From: an uncultured virus (IMG/VR IMGVR_UViG_3300025012_000065)
Taxonomy: Duplodnaviria; Heunggongvirae; Uroviricota; Caudoviricetes
Strand: one strand, 5' to 3'
Virus record (IMG/VR): IMGVR_UViG_3300025012_000065
Length of the DNA: 64,000 nucleotides
The notes under the pieces are model-generated. The model was not told the DNA's origin, did no database searches, and was given only the letters and a program-made list of their open reading frames with translations. A program made the position numbers and the translations under genes. Shown here one piece after another: positions 47,001 to 57,200 of the stretch; position 1 is the stretch's first letter; every line of letters starts with the position of its first letter.

Positions 47001-49198
47001 GCATTATTTGTACCATTACCACCAATTAGATAATAACTAGTAGAAGAGGGATTCTTATTTAAACCGATATAGTTAGTTCCATCGTTTATATTAAGAATGG
47101 ATTGAGCATTTGATGTAATAGCAAAAAAGTCATCTGCCTTAAAAATAGCATCTAGTGTACATGAAGTTAATCCACTTGCAAAAGCACAACTGACTCTGCC
47201 TGTATTTGGAATTTGCAAACCTGAACCTGTAGGCATTGGTTTGTAAGTAGGAATAGGGATATTTGTTAATGTGGTTGTTCCAACTTCAGGCACAGTCGTC
47301 CCATCCAAACTAGCATAAAACACAGTATTCCCATCTACTTCACTCTTAGGTATTCCATGGTGTACGGTCAGCATTTTCTTCGGCGAAAGTTCCCCACGAT
47401 TGAACATGTTATCTGCTTTTTTGAGGATGTAGTCATAATTATATTGAGATTTTGTTTCATGTCTCAAGTCTGTGATGTCGCGTGAGTCGATGACGTTGGC
47501 GTAGAGGGATTGGGGGTGGTCTGATTTTGCGATAATAGTACCACCACCGCCTAGAGTCCCTATAGATTGACCTATTGTGATTGTTTGAGGATTCGATACT
47601 GTGTTTATGGCAGTAATTACTCCTAACAATGTACCTGTTGTGTTAATTAGCATTTCACCCACACTATAATTTGACCCTATTGGAGTGCTGGCAGAGATAT
47701 TTGCAACATAGTTAGTTTGGCCATTTGTAATACCATTTGTTACTGTTAAGGGATTATAACCTCTCGCTCCATTCGCATTACTTGGTGAAAACCCCGATGA
47801 ATTCCGTCTTTTAACCCTAAATAATGGAATTGCGTAGGAGTAGCCATCGTATGTCACTAATGCAGTCTTACTGGCAGAAGTTCCATCTCCCGCAATATAC
47901 AAACCAACATCTTCAAGAGAAATTCCTTTTCCACTAATACCTACGTTGTTTATTCTATCCGATTGACTGAAGAAATGACTATATTTAAAGATACTAGAAG
48001 AAGCAGACCAATCGTATATATAGTTAAGTGGTACAGTGTTTCCTCCTTGTGCTTGAACCAAGGCATCCCTAGCGTTAACCCCATCTGTATAAGGTGCAAT
48101 AAAATTAACATTTGATACGGTTCTATAACGTCCAGCCATAGTATATCCATTCCCGTTAGCTGGAAAATATGTTTCAAGGAATACTAAATCATCCCATTTC
48201 TCTCCAACGTTTGCAGGTGCAGTAGGAAGTGTTAAAATAGTTAACGGCATTTTTATTTCATAACCATTGATAGGATAAACAGTTTCGGGAATTGTAATGG
48301 AATTTAAATTTGTAGTTGAACCAGTTGTAATCGCTGGAATTGTTCTACAACCAGAATGCATTTGATTACGAATCATATCTGCTTTTGCTTTATCTACATC
48401 ATTTAAACTAACCACAGTTGCAGCACCAGTTATACTAAAGTTTCCTTTATATTCCCATACTGTTCCACTATATCTATACCATTGATTATTGTCTAATGTT
48501 TGAGCACACCAACCTATTACGGCACTTGGATATGTAGATGCCAAAGCAGCAAAATTTGCTACAGGTGTTTGCCATATGAGCTGTGTTGTGTTTGCTGAAC
48601 TATTTGCTAGTGTGGCAGCGTTTTGAGCGTTTGCTATGGCTGTGTTTGTATTAGAAGTGGCCGTAATAGCTAATTGACGTGTAACTTCTGTCTCGGCAAT
48701 CTTATTCGTCGCTTCTGCCAGTTTATTATTCACGTCAGAATTCCATCGAGCTGAGTCGTCGTTATATTGAGCTTGTATATCTATGATTTTAGCGTCCAGC
48801 TTAGGTATTACATAGACACTAAGCGTATCGCCATTATCTAGACTCTCTGTGACGTTGAATGTGAATTGGGCGGTACTAAGTTTTGTTCCAGCAGTACTGA
48901 AATCAACTTCGCCTTTCACAATACCGGTGACCGCGAGAGTGTTAGAGCTTAGAATACACTCCACTTTACCAGTTGTAGCGTTAATCACAGTGACACCGGT
49001 TAGACTGTCCTGAATGACAATGGTTCCGTCCGGTTTGTAGAACGACACGATTACTTCTTGGTTGGAGATGTCTACTGGCACACCGTTATTGGTTATGCGA
49101 AATTCAAGCACACTCGAGTTTATATCTCCCTGAACAAACTTGACATTAAATATACTTCTTTGTTTAAAGTCTAAATATACTACTTGTCTGTTCTCCAA
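44066..49198 (-). CDS. tail fibre/receptor-binding protein with BppU-like N-terminus, LamG-like domain and internal duplicated module
   Basis: FVQGDINSSVLEFRI...KPDG...GKV; NPN.AK...FNLI...KV.WLKNNL...G..PSGN.AT...DG...FL..A..S.G...STI..D module present twice. Confidence 0.8.
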   Translation of the reverse strand: MENRQVVYLDFKQRSIFNVKFVQGDINSSVLEFRITNNGVPVDISNQEVIVSFYKPDGTIVIQDSLTGVTVINATTGKVECILSSNTLAVTGIVKGEVDFSTAGTKLSTAQFTFNVTESLDNGDTLSVYVIPKLDAKIIDIQAQYNDDSARWNSDVNNKLAEATNKIAETEVTRQLAITATSNTNTAIANAQNAATLANSSANTTQLIWQTPVANFAALASTYPSAVIGWCAQTLDNNQWYRYSGTVWEYKGNFSITGAATVVSLNDVDKAKADMIRNQMHSGCRTIPAITTGSTTNLNSITIPETVYPINGYEIKMPLTILTLPTAPANVGEKWDDLVFLETYFPANGNGYTMAGRYRTVSNVNFIAPYTDGVNARDALVQAQGGNTVPLNYIYDWSASSSIFKYSHFFSQSDRINNVGISGKGISLEDVGLYIAGDGTSASKTALVTYDGYSYAIPLFRVKRRNSSGFSPSNANGARGYNPLTVTNGITNGQTNYVANISASTPIGSNYSVGEMLINTTGTLLGVITAINTVSNPQTITIGQSIGTLGGGGTIIAKSDHPQSLYANVIDSRDITDLRHETKSQYNYDYILKKADNMFNRGELSPKKMLTVHHGIPKSEVDGNTVFYASLDGTTVPEVGTTTLTNIPIPTYKPMPTGSGLQIPNTGRVSCAFASGLTSCTLDAIFKADDFFAITSNAQSILNINDGTNYIGLNKNPSSTSYYLIGGNGTNNALTFTLAKPNTPFIHIRIRITSTNMYVFLNGVQVATIGITNLSSANVGYIGSTTSGYGYVGAVSDISISNIDRGSLFPNLPPDFISGDAIIMPAYTNQRRISSEAQMPQTVNSIVKATNLLNSRGINRVVIGTPNTWSAGDTITVTGMAGELISGVFDTDTAKSTLVKDALSTDTSAYFDIVDATLYSDGDTVKLVDRVLGTLLATKIINTGGVDAVNKKLTFTETIGVALSKYQVVAMESTATSSNPKVYYMNGTTKTEVVGDAVTPWTGMFGNVATFKLGTNASLVAQDLQIDYSMIMPSGQPALSVPTTTTLMGEAGFRLPYANQTITSDYVSKISGRTWENPNIAKTLSAIVANNPAPSTFVDELITSEYAKMFIQDGTVTTFSTNVNGKQACVLLSFDLIKESERKLGCKIPAKTKALKVTWLKNNLNRISCLFKGHGSSPSGNKATLTRYNNTGNFWNDWDIVNTFTTSSTVATLSIPVPFGQSLLDSISVDGYAFFLCFADPSDGITPSTINVDFASLDIKFSDKIVISMGLATGQTVDVRDDFAGKTAGDVVGNPNIAKYSEGSSTLKTPSQFTVEMDAGRYSGILALDNTLTGAYSYNGNMAQQLFSFNLIRIVEDKMGTIPAIDKVQWLKNNLLNIDFNWWGYGTNPSGNYATISTWNGVWTAQSYNTLGSVSKVSGNVNESNANVKLSACIQSDGFVHFLSWANASNGEITSTIYTDYCNIELTFKKPTGYDVLSPSNPRRDAGLSNILFVRKETKEVQSMFPYSNEFMLTTYSDYLEAPTPISANTDVTILAEIPEFLITDLGSAVGNKQGIHHWMNLTYRVGQDKGDLYGELGFSVVKFAPDSKDINVGSKVTVNATGFSTAYWKQYALATIGKPMVGIARYLVLVGGELKLLVFSKYSATGGFTVDGTGVGILVNLPGKPLSKEADGVVRAGVNTPTAWKSGELIPMGYVDKATNKLITTGNSI

Positions 49199-49200
49199 TG

Positions 49201-49341
49201 TTATCCCTCCTTAACCTTCTTCAGTTCGACTATCTCTTTCTGCAGCGATTCTATCATAACATCTTTCACGGCAATTCCTTTTGACATATGTTTTATTTGC
49301 TCTAATAGCATGTTAATGACTCTATTAGCATCTACTTCCAT
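49201..49341 (-). CDS. 46-aa coiled-coil protein
   Basis: MEVDANRVINMLLEQI...; AGGAG RBS. Confidence 0.55.
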   Translation of the reverse strand: MEVDANRVINMLLEQIKHMSKGIAVKDVMIESLQKEIVELKKVKEG

Positions 49342-49352
49342 TTTGATTCTCC

Positions 49353-50843
49353 TTACGTAATCGAATTCAAATCGCTAACTAGTAAATTTAAAAAGGATGC
49401 GTATACTTGAGTACCACTACTGACTTGCGACATACTCATAGCTTGCATATCACTTATGGCTGTTCTGGCTTGGTTGAATATTGAGGCTGAGAACACCGTA
49501 CCCTTGTATGCTTGAGTAAATGTGACTTCAGACAAACCCTTATATACCCTGACTAAGTTTATATTAGCAAGGAACGCATTCCACTCCACCGCTGTTAATG
49601 CGACAGGATTTAAATACGAAGGTGTGTGAGTCCAAGCGAACGTGGAAGGTCTTACCCTCGTATATGTTGGAGAATACGCCCAACCCCATGCCTCTCCTCC
49701 ACTAGTCTGAATTAACCAAGGCTTGACATCTACGTATCTTGCCCTGAATTGAACCGTTTGTCCCTGAGTCATTGACTCTATGTCGTGATACTGCTCCGCA
49801 CCAGCGTACAGGTCGGCTCCGCGCCAAATATTAGCATAAGGTCCGTAGTTAAGTTTTTTATCAAAGGCTAACGTCCCAATTTCATAGTCAATGGTGGCTG
49901 AGGTGTTGATGTACTGGGACAACTGACTGTCAATAGTATATATGCAACTCTCTGGGGCAGGGCAATTCTGTTCGGATAAATCGTCGGTAACTGTGATAAA
50001 GCGTATGATGTTCTCATAATAAAGAGGCATGTAACATCTTCCAGTAGAAAGGTTAGGGCTTATATATTCGCCCCACCACCAATCGCCCCAATTGTTATGA
50101 ACGATCCAGTGTGTAATCCCATCAATCAGCTTCCATCCAATGATGCACATTACGTGAGAGGTCTTGGTTTCACCTATGACTATGTTTTGGTCGACATTAG
50201 CGGGAACTACGCCGTCACAACCGGCTCCACCTAGATCCTGAAAGTTATTCGCGACATATGTCGTCACTAATACTACGCCGTTGTCGATGATACTTTGCTT
50301 AAGACTCTCAATCTGGGTAGCGTTGATGATATTAATAAATTCGCCAGGATGAACTGGGTCAGGTCCTAAAGCTTCCATTACCGAATAGCTTGATATTTTG
50401 GCTTTGTACATCTCCCTATTGGCGTTGTTAGCCACAAGTGTCTCTGCGCCTATGATAGGGGTGCCGCCGTCAGTCCAGTCATAATACATATAAGTATCTG
50501 GATACGTCCATTCACCCCAACCATTATAACGATTCTCAGGTAAACTCTTATACAGGGGCACGCCATCATATTTAAGTCTATCGAGAGCATAGTTGACAAT
50601 CATTCCGTCGTTAGGGTTATCCTCCTGGGTCGTCCTATTTCCGAATATCCAACCTATAGAATATCTATTTGTGTAACCGTACTGTCTATACTCATGAACT
50701 TCCTTCATTGTACATAGGGCGTTAGCTACGCAACTACCAGCTTCACTCTCCCAACCATGAATGTCTGGACCATTGCCTATACCCCATACCCACTGGTCTG
50801 TTACTTTGGGCCAAAAGGAGGGTATATATTCTGTGGGTGGCAC
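49353..50843 (-). CDS. papain-like (C1) cysteine peptidase within the tail module
   Basis: GSCVANAL (Cys), HVMCIIGW (His), WIVHNNWG (Asn). Confidence 0.8.
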   Translation of the reverse strand: MPPTEYIPSFWPKVTDQWVWGIGNGPDIHGWESEAGSCVANALCTMKEVHEYRQYGYTNRYSIGWIFGNRTTQEDNPNDGMIVNYALDRLKYDGVPLYKSLPENRYNGWGEWTYPDTYMYYDWTDGGTPIIGAETLVANNANREMYKAKISSYSVMEALGPDPVHPGEFINIINATQIESLKQSIIDNGVVLVTTYVANNFQDLGGAGCDGVVPANVDQNIVIGETKTSHVMCIIGWKLIDGITHWIVHNNWGDWWWGEYISPNLSTGRCYMPLYYENIIRFITVTDDLSEQNCPAPESCIYTIDSQLSQYINTSATIDYEIGTLAFDKKLNYGPYANIWRGADLYAGAEQYHDIESMTQGQTVQFRARYVDVKPWLIQTSGGEAWGWAYSPTYTRVRPSTFAWTHTPSYLNPVALTAVEWNAFLANINLVRVYKGLSEVTFTQAYKGTVFSASIFNQARTAISDMQAMSMSQVSSGTQVYASFLNLLVSDLNSIT

Positions 50844-50858
50844 TATAAACGCCTCCTC

Positions 50859-53570
50859 TTATCCAAATACTGCTATTACTCCGTTCGGAGCTGTGATAAC
50901 CCCAGTAACAGTTAAGTCTCCGTGAATTGTGGTGGCTAAAGCATCGATGTCTACTTGTAAGGCGTCTATGGATAATAGGGAGCTACCATCACCACTAAGG
51001 CCCTGATAATACTTTATTGTGGCTGGGGCAGAATATCCAGCTACCACGGCACCAAATTGTAGACCATAGGAAGAACCATTGTTCCAGATATTAGAGGATA
51101 CCTTCAGGGTGTCGTAAGCTTCGATCATAACGCCGTCGATTGTGCCGCCAGAAATAGTTGGACTCTCAATAGTAGTTTGTGTTATCTTAGTTGACGTAAT
51201 ATAACTAGGAAGAACCGGACTGATCCCATCGACCCCATCGACTCCATTAATACCATTTATCCCATCTACTCCATCGGCCCCTGTTAGATTTACTTGTGAT
51301 TCAGGTGTAAGATTAGCCCATGATATTACGGCGTTGTCGCCCATAGTAACATTGGTGCCTACCACCAGCTCGTCGGTTTTAATCTTACTAGCCGAAATAC
51401 TGTTCGCAGCTATAGCATCGCCGGCGATCCCAGCTCCAGTTATTGCCGTGGCGAAAGTTAAGCCGCCGTCTATGCTTACGCCAATTCCACCCGCAGTTAT
51501 CTTAACTACATTATCGCCGCTTACTGCGTGAAATCCAGACGCATCCCAATAAAAATCTGAACTAACCGATATTTTGTTAGTGGCGGATATTAAAAAGTTA
51601 ATTAATCCGTTCGTGATGTCCGTCGTGGGAACAGCAGCATTAGCAGTTGATTGGGCATTATCTGCTTGGGTTTGGGCTGCGTCTATAGCCGCCTTTCGTT
51701 GGTTCTCCAGCTCCGTCTGTAAATTTGCCTTGGCCGTACTATAAGCGGCAAAGTAGGCTTTAAAAATGACAGCATCAATATCAGATGTCCCAGTGATTGC
51801 TAAAATTGCCTCGAGATAAGTTGATAGGTTGTTATACTGTGCTACGTAAACTTGATATGCGGTAGCATCTCCCGCAGTGGGCCATAATTGTTGGGCTCTG
51901 ATCGAATCCATAACGGTAATAGTTCCGGTAATATTCAAGTCGTATGACATGTCTAGTTGGGGGATTAGTGAAGCTAGATAATCCAATATATTTTGTGACA
52001 CATGGATAATCGGTAGAGTATACTTTGAGGCACTTGCGTCAAGAGCTAGTTTTTCGGCTTTTATACCGTCGTAAGTCACAGAGAGGCTTTGTTTTTCAAG
52101 AGGTGTGAATTTGTTATCGCTCGCCAAATCAAGGGTTTGTGCATGAGCATAGTTCCAATCCGTAGCGCCGTCTATTAAGTCATCTGCTATCGTCTCTCCC
52201 AGGTCTCCAACCATGATTTGATTAGCGCGAATGGTTACGAATTTCCCCAACAAGCCTGTAATGAAGCTACCTACTATTGATCCATCTTGGGTTATGGCTG
52301 TGGTATATGGGCCGTTAACCCCCATAGAACTATGTCCGAATCCACCAAGATTCCAACGCCACACGTCGAGTGCGGTCATGACGTCTGTCGTGTCCATGAT
52401 AAGTATCTCATAAGGCTTTCCGGCCTCATCCGTACGTATTACTACGTTACCACCATTTGAACCTGTTATGAGGGCTGTGGCGTTCTCTATAGCGAGTTGA
52501 TACGCGGATTTAACGTTAATAATATCTTGTTTTACTTTCTGAATGGAATTAGTAATACCTGTTGCAAGGTTGGGTTTAAAGCTTCCCAATTCAACACTTT
52601 CAATCCTATCGGTTATGATATTCTTGGTTATTTTAATAACCTTGACTTTTAGATTGAGGTTGAGTCTGGAGTGCTTAACGGTAACTGTATCGCCTAAACA
52701 TACACTTTCGAGCACTGCGTAGTTTTTGTACTCTTCGGTCTTAGATAGCTCAACGAAATCAACTTTGTAATTGAATTGAGGAATATCTATTTTGGAGGTT
52801 TCCATGTACGCCAGAGCCGCAGTCCTGAGTTCATCCCAGGTGTCTATTTCACTAAAGTCAACCACTTTGATCCTTGGGTTGGGGTAATTACCAATATACG
52901 GACTGTCGATGTACTTTTCGTCAAGTGTTAAGCCGTCACTACCAATAGGCATTAAGCGTGTACAGATACCACTAGTATCTAACGTCTCCTCTATGCCCTG
53001 GATGTTCTTACCGTAAGCTATTAGGACTCCTCGATCAGACCCTCTAACCCCTAAATGTTTAATAAGGAAGTTGTCTCTGACCAGTTCTCCTCCGTACGTA
53101 CTAAGCAGTCCTTCCGAACCCATGATAGCCTCGACTGGATTCTTACGAATGAAATATAAAGTGTTGACCCCACCAACGTCACTTATAGACGTAAAAGGGT
53201 GAGCATATTGGGTATTAGTTAGAATATGGTTTAGCGTAGCTTGTCCACTTAAATCAGTAGAAGTTACGTCTTCTAGTAGATTGTCAAGAAGATCATAAAA
53301 TATATGACGAGCATTGACTCTGATGGAGGTTAACGTCTTTACTTTGTTGTATATGCGAAAGAGTTGTCCGTCAGCTTTTATGACGTTATCCTCTATGAGA
53401 TACTCCCACTTACCACGTGCGTCTAAGGGGTGTTCGAGTTCGCACTCAAATATGCCATTAAGCTCTTCGGTGACCACGGATGATATGGAATCAGATAAGA
53501 CCACTAGACCGTTGCTTGTAAATTCAGTGGCCTTGCTGTCATGTACAGAAATCATTACATCCACCGCCAA
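50859..53570 (-). CDS. Tal/tail spike (phage minor structural, endopeptidase_tail family) with short collagen-like stretch
   Basis: EELNG..E.EL..P, QLFRI, YGKN..GI, TRL.P.G; GADGVDGINGINGVDGVDG. Confidence 0.85.
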   Translation of the reverse strand: MAVDVMISVHDSKATEFTSNGLVVLSDSISSVVTEELNGIFECELEHPLDARGKWEYLIEDNVIKADGQLFRIYNKVKTLTSIRVNARHIFYDLLDNLLEDVTSTDLSGQATLNHILTNTQYAHPFTSISDVGGVNTLYFIRKNPVEAIMGSEGLLSTYGGELVRDNFLIKHLGVRGSDRGVLIAYGKNIQGIEETLDTSGICTRLMPIGSDGLTLDEKYIDSPYIGNYPNPRIKVVDFSEIDTWDELRTAALAYMETSKIDIPQFNYKVDFVELSKTEEYKNYAVLESVCLGDTVTVKHSRLNLNLKVKVIKITKNIITDRIESVELGSFKPNLATGITNSIQKVKQDIINVKSAYQLAIENATALITGSNGGNVVIRTDEAGKPYEILIMDTTDVMTALDVWRWNLGGFGHSSMGVNGPYTTAITQDGSIVGSFITGLLGKFVTIRANQIMVGDLGETIADDLIDGATDWNYAHAQTLDLASDNKFTPLEKQSLSVTYDGIKAEKLALDASASKYTLPIIHVSQNILDYLASLIPQLDMSYDLNITGTITVMDSIRAQQLWPTAGDATAYQVYVAQYNNLSTYLEAILAITGTSDIDAVIFKAYFAAYSTAKANLQTELENQRKAAIDAAQTQADNAQSTANAAVPTTDITNGLINFLISATNKISVSSDFYWDASGFHAVSGDNVVKITAGGIGVSIDGGLTFATAITGAGIAGDAIAANSISASKIKTDELVVGTNVTMGDNAVISWANLTPESQVNLTGADGVDGINGINGVDGVDGISPVLPSYITSTKITQTTIESPTISGGTIDGVMIEAYDTLKVSSNIWNNGSSYGLQFGAVVAGYSAPATIKYYQGLSGDGSSLLSIDALQVDIDALATTIHGDLTVTGVITAPNGVIAVFG

Positions 53571-54253
53571 TTAGGAGTTATTACAACTGAAGTAACTGTT
53601 CCCGTCCAACTAATAGAGTTTTGACCGACGACTAATTCGGGGAAATCACCCGACATGTCGTTGTTCTTAAGTACAGTATCCTTATAGCAGTCCATCAGAT
53701 CACTATCTATCGTAACGTGACCCACAACGTTTGTGAGATGAATCACGTTACCGTTAATATCGAGATCGATGGTTCCGGTGCCATAGACTTTGAATATGGG
53801 TTTGCTTGTGCAGGTTCCTACGTTAATCAGAGCACTGGGGACAGTCAGTGTAATCTCCGAATTCTCGACCGACAAGGGAAACGGCTGACAATCAAATATG
53901 ACAATGAATTTGTGCCACTGTCGCATAATTCGTTCGAATGGTATTTGATTGATTATACTAGCCTTGTATTTTCGGTCTGGTTGGTCGGAGAAAATAACAT
54001 CTCCGGAGCCATCCAACCATGCTAAGACTTTATCAACCTCAGCAATATCTAAGAGTGTGCATTCACACGACTTAACCATACTACTATAAGTCCCAAAGTC
54101 CTCCGTTAAAAAACCATCTCTACCGGGTATAACTATCTTGTTAATGTCCCTATTGACCTTGATGATGGGCGGTAATGTATTCACCAAAATACCCATATCT
54201 TTACTTGAAATCCTGTTGTATATAAAATATGGCTCTTCGTGTAAATAGACCAT
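53555..54253 (-). CDS. distal tail protein (Dit)
   Basis: IPGRDG, F.CQPF, N.GT..SKP, FPEL..G.N.ISW, PNWRW; follows the tape measure gene. Confidence 0.85.
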   Translation of the reverse strand: MVYLHEEPYFIYNRISSKDMGILVNTLPPIIKVNRDINKIVIPGRDGFLTEDFGTYSSMVKSCECTLLDIAEVDKVLAWLDGSGDVIFSDQPDRKYKASIINQIPFERIMRQWHKFIVIFDCQPFPLSVENSEITLTVPSALINVGTCTSKPIFKVYGTGTIDLDINGNVIHLTNVVGHVTIDSDLMDCYKDTVLKNNDMSGDFPELVVGQNSISWTGTVTSVVITPNWRWM

Positions 54254-57200
54254 TAGTTACCGCCCCTTCCGATTACTACTTGTTTACGATAGAACTCAAG
54301 TTCCTCCATGAGGGCCTTAGTGTCTTGTGCTCGGTTATTGATGAAGTTTTCAATTTTTAACACTAATCCACTAACATTTGACTCAGGAGTACTATTCGTA
54401 ACCGTGGTATTACTTCCATTTTGATTAGCATTCATTCTGCGGTTAGCGTCTAGATTTGAAATACTCGCAGTCTTACTTGTAATGCTACCAACATTGATCG
54501 ATTGACTCTTGTTGAAAGCAGAACTAAGCCCTGAACTAACATCCGTCAAATCCAAGACAGGTCTAATGGTCGGCTGTATGTCCATGTCACTATTTATGAT
54601 ATCTGCGATACCTGCTACAGCTCCTGTGAGGGCCGATACAGCCCGTTTACCCACGTTGACGGCCTCTACACTAGCTACGTCCGAATAAGCCTTTAAACCG
54701 CCAGCAAACCCTAGAGCTGAGTACATACCCACTTCTTCAAATGCTTTAGACGGCGATTTAATACCTAAAGCGCTTTTGGCAGAGTTCAATGCCTGTAAGG
54801 CAGTCCTTGCTACTTCTTGTGCTAGGGCCGCGGACTTACTGTTTATGCCGTTAATCATGCCTTGTATAATGTTTATACCGACGCCAGCCCAATCAGGCGC
54901 GGACATTACCGTTTGAATGCCGCTTGCAAGGGTCGTAAATTCGGTTTCAACATTGACTCGTAACTCAGTAACAGTCGTTGCAATGTCAGTGGACATAGCT
55001 TTGAATTCGGTTTGAGATGCAGTTCTTAATGTTCCGAGTTTGGTCGACCATTCCGAATTCAAGGCTGATAATTGTACATCCGCGTCAGCATTTAAAGCTA
55101 CCATTTGGTCGTTCCACATAGTCCTATAGCTAGTTAATTCTTTTGATGCTTCTTTCTTTAACGTGGATATTTGACTTACGGTGCTCGAACGCATATCTTT
55201 GAGTTCGGCCACGGCTTGGGTTTTTGCATCTTGGTGTTTGTTTTGCCATAAGGATACGTACGTAGTCAGTTCTGACGCACTTAGGGTGTTTAACGCTGCA
55301 ATTTGAGCTGAAGCAGAAGGACCCATCGCTTTGAGTTCGTCAATTAAGTCGGAACTAATTCCCTTTCTGGATAAATCGGTAAGACTTTGTCTCCACTCAT
55401 TTAAATCGGCAGCTTGAGACTGCAAGTTTTTGATTAGAGACACTCCACTAACTCGTTTTTTGGAAGCAACCTTATCAAATAAACCGTACGTGCCGTATAT
55501 TGTTTTACTGCGAGAGTCAAGAGCATCTTCGTACTCTTTGTTCACGCTTGCAATATCGGCTATTAACTTTTCGTTAGTAGATTGGGTTTTAGCATAATAC
55601 TCATCTTCAAGACGCATACGTTCATCATTTATACTTGTCTCAAGATCCAGACTACGTTGCGAATATGATTCATTAAGGTCATTTATGTTTTGTTCAATTC
55701 GATAAACTTCTTTGTCCGCTCGTATCCGTTCATCGGACCCATTGGCATGTTTTTTTTGAAGTCTTTGCCACGCATAAAGTTCGTCTTCTAAACCCAACTT
55801 GTTATAATACTTATACTCGTCAATCGTTTTGACGCCCACATCAAAATCATCTTTTCGGATTTGGTCCTTAATTCTATAAACTTCTTTGTCCGCTCGTATC
55901 CGTTCATCTGTACCGTCTAAATATTTTTTCTGGGCAGCTTCCCACGTCGCAAGTTCGTCAGCCACACTTAACTTTTTATAGTATTTTAGATCATCCATGT
56001 TTTTAACCATTGCGTTAAACTCAGCACTGACCATTTCTTTTCGCAGTCTATAGACTTCTCTGTCTGCTTTTTTCCGTTCCTCCGATCCTTCTGAATATGT
56101 TTTCTGAATCTTTTGCCAAGCAGCGAGCTCCTCTTGTAAGCTTAAAGTGTTGTAATACTTATGCTCATCGATCCATTCAATTGACTTATCGAAGTTGGAT
56201 TGACCTTGGGCTTGTTTCGTTTTACCGATAGCTTGTTCTTTTTTAGCCATATCTTTTTGACTAGCATACACATCATTTTGACTTCGATAGGCTTCGTGTT
56301 CGGCTTTTATGCGTGCGTCCGTAGCGTTATCATATACTGCTTTAGACATAGCATCTCCAGCACCAACTGCTTCCGAGGTGCTGGCTTTTAGTCCGTTAGC
56401 CATACCTACGCCAACCATTTGTCCTACTTCTTTGTCGAAATATTTAGACGGCGAACGAATACCTAAAGCGTTCTTAGCCGCTTGCAGTACAGTGGCACCC
56501 ATATTTGCAGCGAAAGAAGCAGCGTCAGAAATCTTATCTCTCATCCCTTTAATGAATCCGCCGATCAAATTTCCGCCAGCCTCTATGAATTTATCAATTG
56601 CTCCGCCAATAGCGCCAATAATAGCATCAACAAGATTACCTACAGCACTAGTTATTTCCGCGCCGTTAGTTCTGATTGCGTCGGCTAATCCGTTGATAAA
56701 ACTAATAATAACTTCGAAGGCTGCTTGAATCACCGCCGGGAGTTTATCAGCCACACCTTTTAAGAATTCTATGATTATTAGAGTTCCAACCACCAATATC
56801 TTACCGATATTGTCTAGAATGCCCTTAAGTAGACCCATAACCAACTTCATGCCCGCATCCACTATCATGGGTATAGACTTAACGAGAAAATCTAATACTG
56901 ATTTTAGAACGACCGATAGTCCCTCTAATAGTTTAGGTATTATTCGTATGAGCCCGTCTACAAGGGCTGAAACTACAATTACCAATGCGTCGACAAATGC
57001 TGGTGCTGTAGCCGCTAAGACTTCACATAGAGTCACAAGCGTCACGCGTAACTGGGAAAGAAGCATAGGTAGTAATCCAACGATACTTGTGATGAATAGT
57101 GCAATTGCTCCACCACTAGCAGTTAAAGCTACACTGAGAGCTGTCAACGCTACCGAAAATAAGGTTAATCCAGCCCCGACGGCCAGACACCCAATGCCTA

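Noticed and set aside
44066..49198. Diversity-generating retroelement targeting the tail fibre
   Set aside because: No reverse transcriptase and no adenine-specific template/variable repeat pair visible
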